Assembly (NCBI GenBank): GCA_009859145.1
Contig: VRVR01000031.1
Span: forward strand, 202,597 to 266,596
Reading direction: 5' to 3'
DNA from: Andalucia godoyi And28
Taxonomy: Eukaryota > Protista > Jakobida
Length of the DNA stretch: 64,000 bases
Shown: in pieces, positions 47,816 through 58,181 of the stretch
How positions within the stretch are numbered: position 1 is the first letter of the stretch
Layout: each line of letters begins with the position of its first letter
Translations under genes and position numbers: made by a program
Notes under the pieces: model-generated
What the model was told of the DNA's origin: nothing
The model's input: the letters and a program-made list of their open reading frames with translations, nothing else
Database searches by the model: none

Positions 47816-50800
47816 ATGTCAATCGAGGATTCTGTGGGTATGCCGTTGCGGTTTCCCGTGCCCTTGTTCGATGTTGGTGACGAAGCGACATATGAAGTAT
47901 CTTCGGGAAAGTTTGATCCAGGGCAGTTTCGGAGGCTAGACCGCTTGTCCAGCTCGTATTGGCAATCGGATTCGAGCGTGCGACCACACTGGATCGATAT
48001 CACATTGACGAAGCCTCGCGTTCTCTGGGGTGTCCAGCTGTGCTCCAGACTCGAGTATGACAACTCGTTTGTGCCCTTGAACGTCAGCGTCGTTATCAGC
48101 GATCGAGTGGAGGCTGCATCCCCCGGGTCCACCTTGATCCAAGATTTGGACGTCAGGTATGAAAAGATTACACATCATTCGTTGCCCAATGACGTTGCCT
48201 TTGGGACTGTTTGGTTCACAAAGGGTCCACAGCCAAGTTTTAGCGGCGTGTCTCCCTCGGCAGCGTCGCAAAAGTCCGTGTTGAACAATCTGGGGGCAAA
48301 ATGTGCTCGAATCCGGCTGCTTCTTACGCCTTCCGGCATAAACTGCAGGCTTCGCTTTGTTCGCCTGCTTACCGTGCGCGAATTGGACTTGACCGCGGAT
48401 CAGCTGCTGCAGCCAGCGGTGTTTCGTGTTTCATCGAAACGATTGCAGTTTCACGAGGAGTCCTTGGGAAAACCAGGGACACTTGTCCGCGTGTCTCTGG
48501 CAAGGAGTCACGGGACCGATGTTTGGGTTCCAAAGAGTTTAGTGCAGGAGCTGTGGGGAAAACACCCCGGCGAGGTGTCAGCAGACAGCGACTGTGGCAT
48601 AGTCATGCAAGACGCTGACAAAATTCGTGGTCTTACTGCTGGCATTATTGGAATGATCAAGGAGTTCTCTTCAAATTCTGCCGCTAAGTTTGCAGAATGT
48701 TTCGACACACTTCTGCCCGTTCTTGAAACGCTCAAGACTTTGTCGCAGCTCCGTCCGTCGGGCGTGCTGCACGAATCTGGGCTTCTGTCCCTTATTGTGA
48801 GCGCGTTGATCTCTTCTCCATCGAATTCACTGCTGCTCTCGCTACTGTCATCCATTCCCGTGGATCACCATCCTTCGATACTGTATGTGCTGTCTCGATT
48901 CCGGCAGTGCCCTCCTAGTGATGCCGTGCTTTCGCTCGTTGCGAAGTGGCTGAGTGCATTGCTGGTGAATTCGGACCGAATGCGAGCTGGCTGGTCGATG
49001 TACTTTGGAAACACGGAAGTTGAAAAACTGACAGGTGTCTTGTTCGGCTGCCATGAGGTTTCAAAGAGTCCGTCTGCGTTGATTGCTTTCATCACTCACT
49101 TCTTTCAAATATCCTCTGGTTCAGGAAGCCGTCTTTCTGAAGAATTCCTCAGCGATTTAGTCCGCCAGTTGGACGACTCCATTGGCTTGATGTCCTTCTC
49201 CCCTGGCGAGCTTTCCTTCTTGTTCTCCTCGGAAACGGAGGAGCCGCGCGATGTCGATTCTCATGCTGTGGCATCCCAAAGTACCCTTTTTCCGAGAGAA
49301 AAATCGGCCGTTATTCGAGAAATGGAAATGCTTATCGAGGCACAGCAGATGGATCGACAGCAGGGAAATCAGCGAGAACGCAGCGCTCTAACCGCGTTGC
49401 ATGTTGCGCTTTCTGCAGATTCCCCGCCCAAGTTGCGGATGCATCCGATGGACGTTGGTGACGATGCCGAATCGGCTCATGAAGAAGAAGATAGCGAAGA
49501 GCTTTCTGACGACGGCTCGCCAGACTTCTGTGAATCCCCGTCGTCACTGATGGCACCTGGGGAGCAACGTGAGAATCTTGGAACTCGGGAGCGCATTGCA
49601 CTTGCTCTTTTTACGCGGGTATCCGATGACATTTTGTGTCTCCTCGATCAATCCAGGCTTCTAAAGAAAGTCAATCCAATTGTCGTGAGATTCATCACGA
49701 TGTTGAGCAAGACTACGCTGCCGCTCTTTGCACACTTCTTCTTCATCCCATTTCTCAAACGGACGCGGCTGTTTTACGGCATCCTGTTTGCAACCCATTT
49801 GAAAACCCTTCCGTGGATGCAGTTTGTAGAAGAGGCTACGTCTTTCATGGATTTTGAGAAAGCGCTATTTTCGGAAGTGCATTTCAATGAAAAAACGTGG
49901 AATGTGCTCAGACACACAGTCATGTTTTCGCTGTTCGACGGTGGACGATTGCGAAGTTTGCTGCGAGACACAACGTTAGCAGGACCGCTGAAAGATCTCA
50001 TCTGCGTTGATCCTTTTCGACCTTCTGCGGACTTGCGTCACACGCGCCTTCTCCTGCGAATTTGCATTAGCAGTCCTATCTCATCGCACGTCGAAATGTT
50101 GCTGTCCGTGATCGAGTCACTGGTTACTGTTGGATTTGGAGACCTTTTTCAAAAGCCAACGACAGTTTCCACCGACTGTTCAGATGTCGTTTCTTGGGTC
50201 AACCTGCATCAGACGTGTGTTTCCAACCTCGGAATCCTGATCGGGTCATTTTCTATTGCCAGGAGAGTATGTGGTCAAGCGTTGCAGCATTCGCTGAGAA
50301 CTCTGAATGAGGCATCTTGCATTCTTGTGTTTGGACGATTGGCACTGTGCTTACATTTGCTCCTGGATTCCACTGATGGACACGTGTTCAAGAATTCTCA
50401 GCCTTGGTGGCTGTCGTCTCAGGATGCACTTCTAGATCCTTTGCTGCAGTTTTTGAATTTTGTCCCCTTGGACAGGGAATTTGCCCACTTCTACGAAAAA
50501 TACCTCTCACGACGTCTTCTCCGGTCATCAGCGAGGTCGATCGAATTAGAACTGCACGTCATTCACGAGCTGTCGTGTGTGGATCTTGGAAAATGCAGGA
50601 GAATGTTGTCGGATGTCATGTCGTCCATTTCTCTGACGTCTCAGTTTGATTCCTATGCCCTTTCTGCGTTTGATCTGAAACACCTATCTGAAGCGTCGAA
50701 GCCGACGTTTGATGCCAGGGTATTGTCTGTCCGACTGCTGACCAGCTCCATCTGGCATCCGTTTATTCGGTCTTTGCTGGATGCAAAGTACAATGTCCCC

Positions 50801-53800
50801 GAGGCAATTTCCAAGAGTCTAGCCCAGTTTGAGCAGTTTTATGCTACGATTCATCCGGACCGCAAGGTGAAATTCTTGCTGGCCGTTGGCTCTGTGACAC
50901 TGGCATACGGGAAAGCCGTATTGCATCTCTGCCCTCTTCAGGCGTCCATTCTACTGTCGTTCAACGACAGACCGCGTTGGAACATCGATGATTTGCGAGC
51001 GAGTTTGGGATTCACGAAGGGCAACTTGCTCTCGGACGCTTTACAGATCCTGACATCGTTTGGTGTCCTGGAAGTATCTGGCCGTGTTGTGCAGCTGAAG
51101 TTCTCATTCAAATCCGATTCGGCTGCCGTGACTGATCTTCCGCACGTTCTATCTCTCGTCGATGAAGAAAATGTTGGCAGCCTTCCTTCAACGGATGTTC
51201 CAGTTTTGATTAGTTGGAGGCGCCAGGTCCTGGACTCCTTCTTGGTGCGCATTGTGAAGAGCAATTCGTCGCGGCAGCCGAAGCCTGGCATGCCATATGA
51301 CGAGCTTGTGAAAGAGGCCGTCTCCCGCGTTTCGTTCTCTGTTCCACTGCAGCAGATACACTCAAGAATTTCACGCCTCGTAGATGCCGGGTTTCTCGCT
51401 GTCAAGGACCACGGTCAGTGGGTGCGTTACGTGAATGAAAAGCAAGACCAGAATGTGGCGCATGCCTCCCAGGACAGTTCTATTGTCAAGGAAGGCAGGT
51501 CTTCCTGGGAAATCGTTCTGGAGTGCTCCTGTTCATCAACGGATACGCTTCGAATTTCGGAAGAGGCCTTCTTTCAAGGGTTTTGGAAGAAGATCTTGCG
51601 CACAAGAGTCACTGTGGACACGGATCTTGTCTCGGCTGCGGTGCTGTCCACGAATCTCTGCGCTTCCATAGTGTCGATTTTGCAAAATCGTGTGACTCGG
51701 CTGCATGACAGTTTGGTCAATTGCCGTGACAGAGATGCTTCTGTTTCCTTGAAAAAAATGGAAATCATGAGTGGCATCAGGTTTGAGTTTCCTTCGTTGT
51801 CTGATTTTTTGATTGCTTCCTTGCCGGACACTGCGATGCAAACGCTCAAGGATCTTTATCATAGGCTGTCTGCTAGGTTTCCGTCGTCGTCGTCCAATTC
51901 AGCAACGCTGCGGTCCTGGTTGGCAGGCTGCGTTGTGCATGCGGACTTGCCTTTCCACGACTTTTTAGAGTCGATTCCTCGTTCATGCGACTCCGTATCC
52001 ATGGAAGCATTTATTGAAAGTATCCTGCATGCATCCCTTCTTTGCGAATGCCAGTTGTCTTCGCTGGCAATGCCGTTGTCGGCTCTGCTGACAGAGTTTG
52101 CTGCCTCTTGGCTCAACTGCGTGCTGTCTGTGGCCGATATTGTTGCGAGAGCTTGGGATCTTTTCCAAGAGGGCGACGTTGTCCGAGTTCGTATTTATAC
52201 GGGAACGATCGTTTCCATGTCGAACCGTGAAACGATTGTTGTCCGCCTGGGAGACGAGGGCGGAAAGGAAGAATGTGCCATCCAGCAGTTGCATGTTGCA
52301 ATTCCTCTCTCTGCACAGTCTCGTTCACCTCCGCTGTTTTTCAAGAAGCAATTGGGAGATGTCTTCCGTTGCATCGAATGTGTCAATCCGATTTTGAAGA
52401 TGCGAGAAAATAGAAAGAGCTCCGTGTCGGTGATGGCTGGTTCTATGGTGGAGCAAGTTTGGTCTGTCTATCGAAAGACGTCGTATGACATGTCTCTGGG
52501 AGTTGCAAAGCAGCGTGCAATAACGCAACTGCAGTTGAACGCAGGTCTACACGAAGAACCAATCAATCGCATACCAGAGTCTGCGCTGTTTGAATCGGTC
52601 TCGGAAGGCCAGATTTTAAAGACAATTCAGGAAGCGATCAATCAAGTGTGCGAATGCTTCTCCATCGATTATGACACGAGCCTTGCGTTACTCACCCTGT
52701 ATGGATGGTCCATTCCGCTCTTGGTAGAAGCCCTCGGCAGCCAATCTTTCAAGATTCCGATTATCTGCGATTACCAAGAGATCGTGGAGCCCTTTTTGTG
52801 TGCCATCTGCTATACGGAGTCGCAAAAGGGCTGTCACCTTGGATGTGGCCACGTGTTTTGCGACCACTGCTGGCGAAGCTACCTTGATTCCAAGCTTGAT
52901 AATCGGGACATTTTGATCGTTCACTGCATGGAACCGTCGTGCACAGACCATGTCCTGCCGTATTCCAAAGTGCAGCATCTCAACCAGAGTGTATCGCAGC
53001 ATCTGCAGAAGAGCTTGTTAGAGAGTTATTCGCTCCAAAAGCGCATCCAACCATGCCAAAATCACCGCGGATGCACATCATTCATCAGCACGGTTCCTGG
53101 TTTCTATTCTTACAGGCTTCACTCGGATCCTTCGTGGGCGAAGTCCTCTGCGACGGGGGCTTCTGGAACCACCGTCGTATGCTCGGATTGTTCAACTGCA
53201 TTTTGTGCGTCCTGCCGTGCACCGGATCATTTCCCAGCGACGTGCGACTGGATTAAGGATTGGATTTCGAAAGGTGGATATGCGGAGACGGACAGTGATG
53301 AGGACACAGCTTCACTTCGTTTGAAGGCGCTGACAACGCGGCCGTGTCCGGTTTGCAACACGCTGATTGAAAAGCAAGGTGGCTGTCCGCATATGCAGTG
53401 CTCGTCCTGCAAGACGGACTTTTGTTTCCACTGTCTTGGATCGTATCCAAACTGCTTTTGCCAGTCCGGAGTTCGAGGGGCGGTGGGGGGCTCTGCCGTG
53501 GGCACATCGGTTCACGAGCGTGCACACCTTTTCCGGCAGTTTAATGAACAGTGTGCGTCGTACGCGCTTGCAAAAGAAGTCTCCTTGCAGTTGGCGGCGA
53601 AGTTTTCGTCCATTTCGTCGTCTGAGACGTTTGATGATCGATCCGGCTCGCATCGTTTAGAAGAACTGTGTCGTTTGCTTGCGCGCTCCAACTCGCTTCT
53701 TGCGCATGCCTGCATTTCGTTGTATTTCCTCCCGGATTCTTCCCTCCGATCTCTTTTCGAGTTCAATTTTGAGGAGTTGAAAGTAGTAGTCAACAGAGTG

Positions 53801-54376
53801 CAGACCGAACTAGAGCGCAATATCCGTGGTGTTCTGGAATGGAAACGAGACGATGCACAAACCGTCATTCAGGAACTGCAGAGAATGATTCGAGTGTTTT
53901 GCAGCGTTGCGGAAGAAGTATCATTCTTCAAAGTCCCTGGCCATGGACTGTTAGTCTGTGATGTTTGTGGAGAAGGAGTCGAGCGAGAAGAATGGAAAGA
54001 GCATGCAGATGGCCATGTTGCGGAGCCATCCCCTTCGCCAATGGTCGGCACGTCCAACATGTTTTTTTCCTCTACGCAGGGAGCAACATCCAAGTCACGC
54101 GGCAGTCTGCATTTCTCGTTTCGCAGCTCCCAGATCCTTCCCGTTTGGCGCTGCATGGTGGATGTGGGTGTCGTGCAGAGTCTTTTGTCGATTGCCGTTG
54201 ATGTTGGCCTTCATCGCATTCGTAAGGCGGACCTTGGTGTCTTTGCACATCTCTCGGCCGACAAGCGAATGCACAAAGTCTTTGACATCTCTGATGAAGC
54301 TGGTGATAACGGCCAGTCGCTGTTGAACACATTCATTCAAGCACAAGGAAGAGTGCCGGTTGGCTTCAAGCAGTAG
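47816..54376 (+). CDS. CUL9/PARC-like E3 ligase: DOC/APC10 + cullin + Ariadne-type RBR (2186 aa)
   Basis: First ATG 47816. DOC YWQSD...PHWIDI; cullin FYEKYLSRRLL, RLLTSSIWHP, RIVK; RING1, IBR, RING2 GGCPHMQC; Ariadne domain. Confidence 0.88.
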   Translation: MSIEDSVGMPLRFPVPLFDVGDEATYEVSSGKFDPGQFRRLDRLSSSYWQSDSSVRPHWIDITLTKPRVLWGVQLCSRLEYDNSFVPLNVSVVISDRVEAASPGSTLIQDLDVRYEKITHHSLPNDVAFGTVWFTKGPQPSFSGVSPSAASQKSVLNNLGAKCARIRLLLTPSGINCRLRFVRLLTVRELDLTADQLLQPAVFRVSSKRLQFHEESLGKPGTLVRVSLARSHGTDVWVPKSLVQELWGKHPGEVSADSDCGIVMQDADKIRGLTAGIIGMIKEFSSNSAAKFAECFDTLLPVLETLKTLSQLRPSGVLHESGLLSLIVSALISSPSNSLLLSLLSSIPVDHHPSILYVLSRFRQCPPSDAVLSLVAKWLSALLVNSDRMRAGWSMYFGNTEVEKLTGVLFGCHEVSKSPSALIAFITHFFQISSGSGSRLSEEFLSDLVRQLDDSIGLMSFSPGELSFLFSSETEEPRDVDSHAVASQSTLFPREKSAVIREMEMLIEAQQMDRQQGNQRERSALTALHVALSADSPPKLRMHPMDVGDDAESAHEEEDSEELSDDGSPDFCESPSSLMAPGEQRENLGTRERIALALFTRVSDDILCLLDQSRLLKKVNPIVVRFITMLSKTTLPLFAHFFFIPFLKRTRLFYGILFATHLKTLPWMQFVEEATSFMDFEKALFSEVHFNEKTWNVLRHTVMFSLFDGGRLRSLLRDTTLAGPLKDLICVDPFRPSADLRHTRLLLRICISSPISSHVEMLLSVIESLVTVGFGDLFQKPTTVSTDCSDVVSWVNLHQTCVSNLGILIGSFSIARRVCGQALQHSLRTLNEASCILVFGRLALCLHLLLDSTDGHVFKNSQPWWLSSQDALLDPLLQFLNFVPLDREFAHFYEKYLSRRLLRSSARSIELELHVIHELSCVDLGKCRRMLSDVMSSISLTSQFDSYALSAFDLKHLSEASKPTFDARVLSVRLLTSSIWHPFIRSLLDAKYNVPEAISKSLAQFEQFYATIHPDRKVKFLLAVGSVTLAYGKAVLHLCPLQASILLSFNDRPRWNIDDLRASLGFTKGNLLSDALQILTSFGVLEVSGRVVQLKFSFKSDSAAVTDLPHVLSLVDEENVGSLPSTDVPVLISWRRQVLDSFLVRIVKSNSSRQPKPGMPYDELVKEAVSRVSFSVPLQQIHSRISRLVDAGFLAVKDHGQWVRYVNEKQDQNVAHASQDSSIVKEGRSSWEIVLECSCSSTDTLRISEEAFFQGFWKKILRTRVTVDTDLVSAAVLSTNLCASIVSILQNRVTRLHDSLVNCRDRDASVSLKKMEIMSGIRFEFPSLSDFLIASLPDTAMQTLKDLYHRLSARFPSSSSNSATLRSWLAGCVVHADLPFHDFLESIPRSCDSVSMEAFIESILHASLLCECQLSSLAMPLSALLTEFAASWLNCVLSVADIVARAWDLFQEGDVVRVRIYTGTIVSMSNRETIVVRLGDEGGKEECAIQQLHVAIPLSAQSRSPPLFFKKQLGDVFRCIECVNPILKMRENRKSSVSVMAGSMVEQVWSVYRKTSYDMSLGVAKQRAITQLQLNAGLHEEPINRIPESALFESVSEGQILKTIQEAINQVCECFSIDYDTSLALLTLYGWSIPLLVEALGSQSFKIPIICDYQEIVEPFLCAICYTESQKGCHLGCGHVFCDHCWRSYLDSKLDNRDILIVHCMEPSCTDHVLPYSKVQHLNQSVSQHLQKSLLESYSLQKRIQPCQNHRGCTSFISTVPGFYSYRLHSDPSWAKSSATGASGTTVVCSDCSTAFCASCRAPDHFPATCDWIKDWISKGGYAETDSDEDTASLRLKALTTRPCPVCNTLIEKQGGCPHMQCSSCKTDFCFHCLGSYPNCFCQSGVRGAVGGSAVGTSVHERAHLFRQFNEQCASYALAKEVSLQLAAKFSSISSSETFDDRSGSHRLEELCRLLARSNSLLAHACISLYFLPDSSLRSLFEFNFEELKVVVNRVQTELERNIRGVLEWKRDDAQTVIQELQRMIRVFCSVAEEVSFFKVPGHGLLVCDVCGEGVEREEWKEHADGHVAEPSPSPMVGTSNMFFSSTQGATSKSRGSLHFSFRSSQILPVWRCMVDVGVVQSLLSIAVDVGLHRIRKADLGVFAHLSADKRMHKVFDISDEAGDNGQSLLNTFIQAQGRVPVGFKQ

Positions 54377-54904
54377 TTGTCAAGCAGAATAAATACCGAT
54401 TACATGTTTGTTGCTACAATGCACTAAATCGGCCTCCCGCTCTCGCTCTCTGTCGTGCTGTGCTTTACCATCCCAAGCACTTGCGGACATGTTCGTACTT
54501 GTGGGATCCGCACAGAAACGGAAGAATGTGTTTTGCACATCATCCCGTCTTTGCTCCAATAATCGCCTGCTCAATCCGCCATTCCCTTGCTGGGTTGTAT
54601 TTTGCAGCCAACGCATTAATCAAAGACCGCCTTCCGTAGGCGTCGCCTTGACGTCGCATTCAAGTTTATCAGCATCAAAGCATCACATCCAGCCTATTTT
54701 TTCTTTCTTTTTCCAAAGGGCTTGTGGAAAACCTTGAAGTGAAATGAGCCCAGCAAGTAGAGGAGCCGTGGCTGCAAAAAAGAAAAAAAGAAAAGAATAA
54801 CGATATGTATAATCACTAACGCTTTTTTTTTTTGTTGTTGTCTTGCACAGTGCGCAATATACACCTTGTATCCGAACAACGTACTCGCATTGCACGCGCT
54901 CGAG

Positions 54905-54906
<2 letters not shown>

Positions 54907-54946
<40 letters not shown>
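54907..54946. repeat. (AC)20 microsatellite
   Basis: Direct reading. Confidence 0.95.
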
Positions 54947-54948
<2 letters not shown>

Positions 54949-55024
54949 ACATACATAGCACACAGTCAGACCGATTGTGAGATTGTGAGAGAGCGAGTGT
55001 ATTGCATAGCATTGCCGAGACAAG

Positions 55025-56482
55025 ATGCCCGTGAAAAAACTTGTGCTTGTAGGTTGTGGACATGCCAGCCTTCAAGTTTTGGAGGAGATTGCACCGCAAC
55101 GGCATCGACTGGAGACCCAAATCACGGTACTAACCCCGCATCCGCAGTTCCAATACTATGCTATGACTCCAGGCATCTTGTCTGAACAGTTGTTGGCATC
55201 GGACGGGGTCGTTGATATTCCAGCGCTCTGTATGAAGCTGGAGGTCAACCTGGTGTTTGGAGCTGCTGTGGCTCTTCGTCCGAATGAACGAATCATCGAG
55301 TACACTTCGGAGCCGGGGAGGATCCAGGAGCTTCCCTTTGACTTTTGCGTAATCGACATTGGTGCACAGAGAAAGAAGCAGGGTTTACTGACGGATTCCA
55401 TGCTGGATCATCTGCTCAAGAAAGGGGAGGATAGGATTCCGCGTTTGGCATTTCCGCTCAAGCCTTCCTATGAAGTTCTTCGCCGTGTCACGGAGTTTGA
55501 GAAATGCCTTTCGGAATACGTCTCTTCTCGATCTTCCGAGTCCGCAACAACACTGCTCCCTGCACTGCATACGGTCACTGTTGCCGGCAAAGGCAACTCC
55601 GCTTGGAATGTGATCGACGGGTTCGAAATGGCGTTTGCCCTGAAACAGCGAGTGACATCAAAGTTCTCCAAGAACTTTGAGAAACTGACTTTCAAAATTG
55701 TTCATAACGCCCTGAATACAGATGTTCCATCGTCCATCTTGGATGAATGCAAGAAAATGGAAATTGACGTGGTCGAGGATGCGGAGGTCATTGAGATTGA
55801 GCGCACTGGAAACCTTGTACTTTCCAAGGCCTCCAACATCGGGTCTGCCGGAGGCGTTACAAACATGTCACCCGGTCGTGCGCGGAGCTATTCCGAGGCC
55901 TCTGTAGCAGGCCGGAGGCTTCCTTTTCATGTCTTGTGCTGGGCCCTTGATCCTGCGGCACAGACATTCAATGCGTGTTCCGATCTCTCCCTGTCGCAAG
56001 ATGGATTTCTCAGAGTGGACGACGCCCTCAGATCTGTGGACTATCCCAATGTGTTTTGCGTTGGGGATTGCGCTTCTGTGGACTCTGCTCGCGACTTTCC
56101 GAAGATGGGCAGCCAGTCCAGCAAGTTTGGTCCCGTCGTGTCGAAGAACGTGCTTTCATCACTGCGTGCGGTCCAAGATCCAGCCATGATTCTGGAGTCT
56201 TTGGTCGGTCTGAAGTTGTCCAAGTTTTCTCCACCCAAGTTCTCATATGTGTTTAGCACGTCGGATGGGCGGGCCTTCAGTGTTCCTTCGAAAAAGTGGC
56301 TGCCGAATCTGCACAACAAGATGATTGAGAAGATGAAGGAAACATCGCTTCGAAAGTGGATGAAGCGGTTCTCGACATTGATTGCGACAGGGCAGCGCGT
56401 GAGCGAAGAGGAGTCCAAGGAAGACGACGCTGATTCCTCGGAACCCGACGTGTCGAACACACCTGCAGAGTCGTTACCGTAA
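55025..56482 (+). CDS. FAD-dependent pyridine nucleotide-disulfide oxidoreductase-like, related to the domain fused N-terminally to bacterial SelD
   Basis: KLVLVGCGHA, YYAMTPG, FDFCVIDIG, LRVDDALRSVDYPNVFCVGDCA, KWMKRF. Confidence 0.75.
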   Translation: MPVKKLVLVGCGHASLQVLEEIAPQRHRLETQITVLTPHPQFQYYAMTPGILSEQLLASDGVVDIPALCMKLEVNLVFGAAVALRPNERIIEYTSEPGRIQELPFDFCVIDIGAQRKKQGLLTDSMLDHLLKKGEDRIPRLAFPLKPSYEVLRRVTEFEKCLSEYVSSRSSESATTLLPALHTVTVAGKGNSAWNVIDGFEMAFALKQRVTSKFSKNFEKLTFKIVHNALNTDVPSSILDECKKMEIDVVEDAEVIEIERTGNLVLSKASNIGSAGGVTNMSPGRARSYSEASVAGRRLPFHVLCWALDPAAQTFNACSDLSLSQDGFLRVDDALRSVDYPNVFCVGDCASVDSARDFPKMGSQSSKFGPVVSKNVLSSLRAVQDPAMILESLVGLKLSKFSPPKFSYVFSTSDGRAFSVPSKKWLPNLHNKMIEKMKETSLRKWMKRFSTLIATGQRVSEEESKEDDADSSEPDVSNTPAESLP

Positions 56483-56878
56483 ATTTAAAAATAACAATAA
56501 AAAAGAGGCCAGAAGTCTCAGCGCAAGCACGCGCAGCACAGCGCGGGGATCATCAACTTTTGTCAGATTGAAGTGCGTGTATAGCGCCCGGTGGCCAAGT
56601 CCAATGTGTGTGTGTGTGTGTGGGGAGGTGTCATAGGGAGGGGGGGGAAAAGCGACGTTGAACGACCACTTCGAGTACCTTTTCCATCGGAGCTATACAA
56701 TAATACTTGGACAATGCAAGTGACTAAAACAAAAAATAAACACATATTAAAAAAAAAGGCCCGTTTAGCCTTTTCGTACTGAGACTCATAAGGCGAGGAA
56801 AAACACAAGCGTCCTTTCCCAAGTAGTTTTTTAAGAATATATTCTTGGAGAAAAAAGAAGAAGAGAAAGTACAATGCA

Positions 56879-57685
56879 ATGGGACTCAACAACTCTAAGC
56901 GCAGACAAACACAGCCGATCGAGAACGTTGGGCGCCATGGAACTGATGATGCTCGAGTGCACAATATAGAAAAAGAAAAAAGAGACGTTCTTGATATGAA
57001 TATCAGCAGCAGCAACAACAACAACAACAATAACAAGAAAAGCAAACCCGGACAGAATGCACCGATTGGACAGATTCCGCGATATCATCATGGTGAGAAG
57101 ACATTTCGAACGGGCTACAGACTCTCCGTTGAGGAATTTCCAGAGCTGAAGGACCTTGATTACAAGAATCACGACATCGAAGATTCAGATGGTGACGGGG
57201 GCATCCCCGACAAGGTTTTCCAAGAAGCGCTGGTGACAGAGACCTTGGGCGACTCGTGGCCGCGGCTTCAAAAAGTGGAGGTACGGCAGTTCCGGCAGAT
57301 TCCGTTGACGATGGCCGCTATCAGTATGCATCGCCGGTGCTACGAGCCGTACTATAACAGCAATTCTGGTTTTCCGGCACCAGACGGGTGGGAAAAATGG
57401 ATCGACAAGTGGCGGACGGAAGTGTGGCAGGCGTCCGGGGACATGTGGCGTGTGTACGAACTGTGGCGAAAGGATCCGGTTATTGCAGAATATATTGATG
57501 CCATGCAGGATGCCATGCAGACGAGCAGCGAGAATACGGAAACGGGAGAGACGTCCTTCTCGAGCCATTCAACCGACACAACAGCACATTTTTCACCGAA
57601 ATCGCGAAGATACATGCTTTTTGGAAGAAGCAAAGCCAAGCAACGACGATCATTTGTGGATCACTCTGCCCACCGGTCTTCATAA
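56879..57685 (+). CDS. Hypothetical protein, possibly N-myristoylated
   Basis: 268 aa; starts MGLNNSK (MGxxxS); Trp-rich core; no family recognised. Confidence 0.7.
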   Translation: MGLNNSKRRQTQPIENVGRHGTDDARVHNIEKEKRDVLDMNISSSNNNNNNNKKSKPGQNAPIGQIPRYHHGEKTFRTGYRLSVEEFPELKDLDYKNHDIEDSDGDGGIPDKVFQEALVTETLGDSWPRLQKVEVRQFRQIPLTMAAISMHRRCYEPYYNSNSGFPAPDGWEKWIDKWRTEVWQASGDMWRVYELWRKDPVIAEYIDAMQDAMQTSSENTETGETSFSSHSTDTTAHFSPKSRRYMLFGRSKAKQRRSFVDHSAHRSS

Positions 57686-58181
57686 AATAAGTAAAGAAAT
57701 AAACAAAAAAAAAAAAGGAAAAAAAAAAAGGAAAAAGAAAAAAGAAGCATGCTAAAACCTGACACACGCCTCGGGCAGAAAGTCTCGAGCACATACACAC
57801 ACGCACACGCACACATTGAACAACAACATCACCGTTTCTGACCGGAGGGGAGGCGGAAGTCGCCACCTCAGATGCACTGTTTCTCGTGTCCCCCACACTC
57901 TGTTCTGTCGACAGCGGAAACGTGAACAGCGCAACATATGCGTACAAGACGAGTTGGTTGCATTGTCAGCGCTTTTGGCGGTGGTGAAAAAAGCGTGATT
58001 GACAGCTCGTCGAGCACTGTCGACACTCAGAAATGCTGCTTTCCTGCTGCCTTTTGGCCCCCTTCCCACCCTCCCCCCCTCTGCACATCCGTCCGACGTT
58101 CGGAGTCGCGAAAGGTACTTGCGTTCTGCAGGTTTCGAAGGGATCGTGCTCGCCAAAAGGAACACTGGAATGAGAATGTAA

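Noticed and set aside
54380-54740. Short ORFs between the cullin and oxidoreductase genes
   Set aside because: No motif, no consistent frame; treated as UTR/promoter
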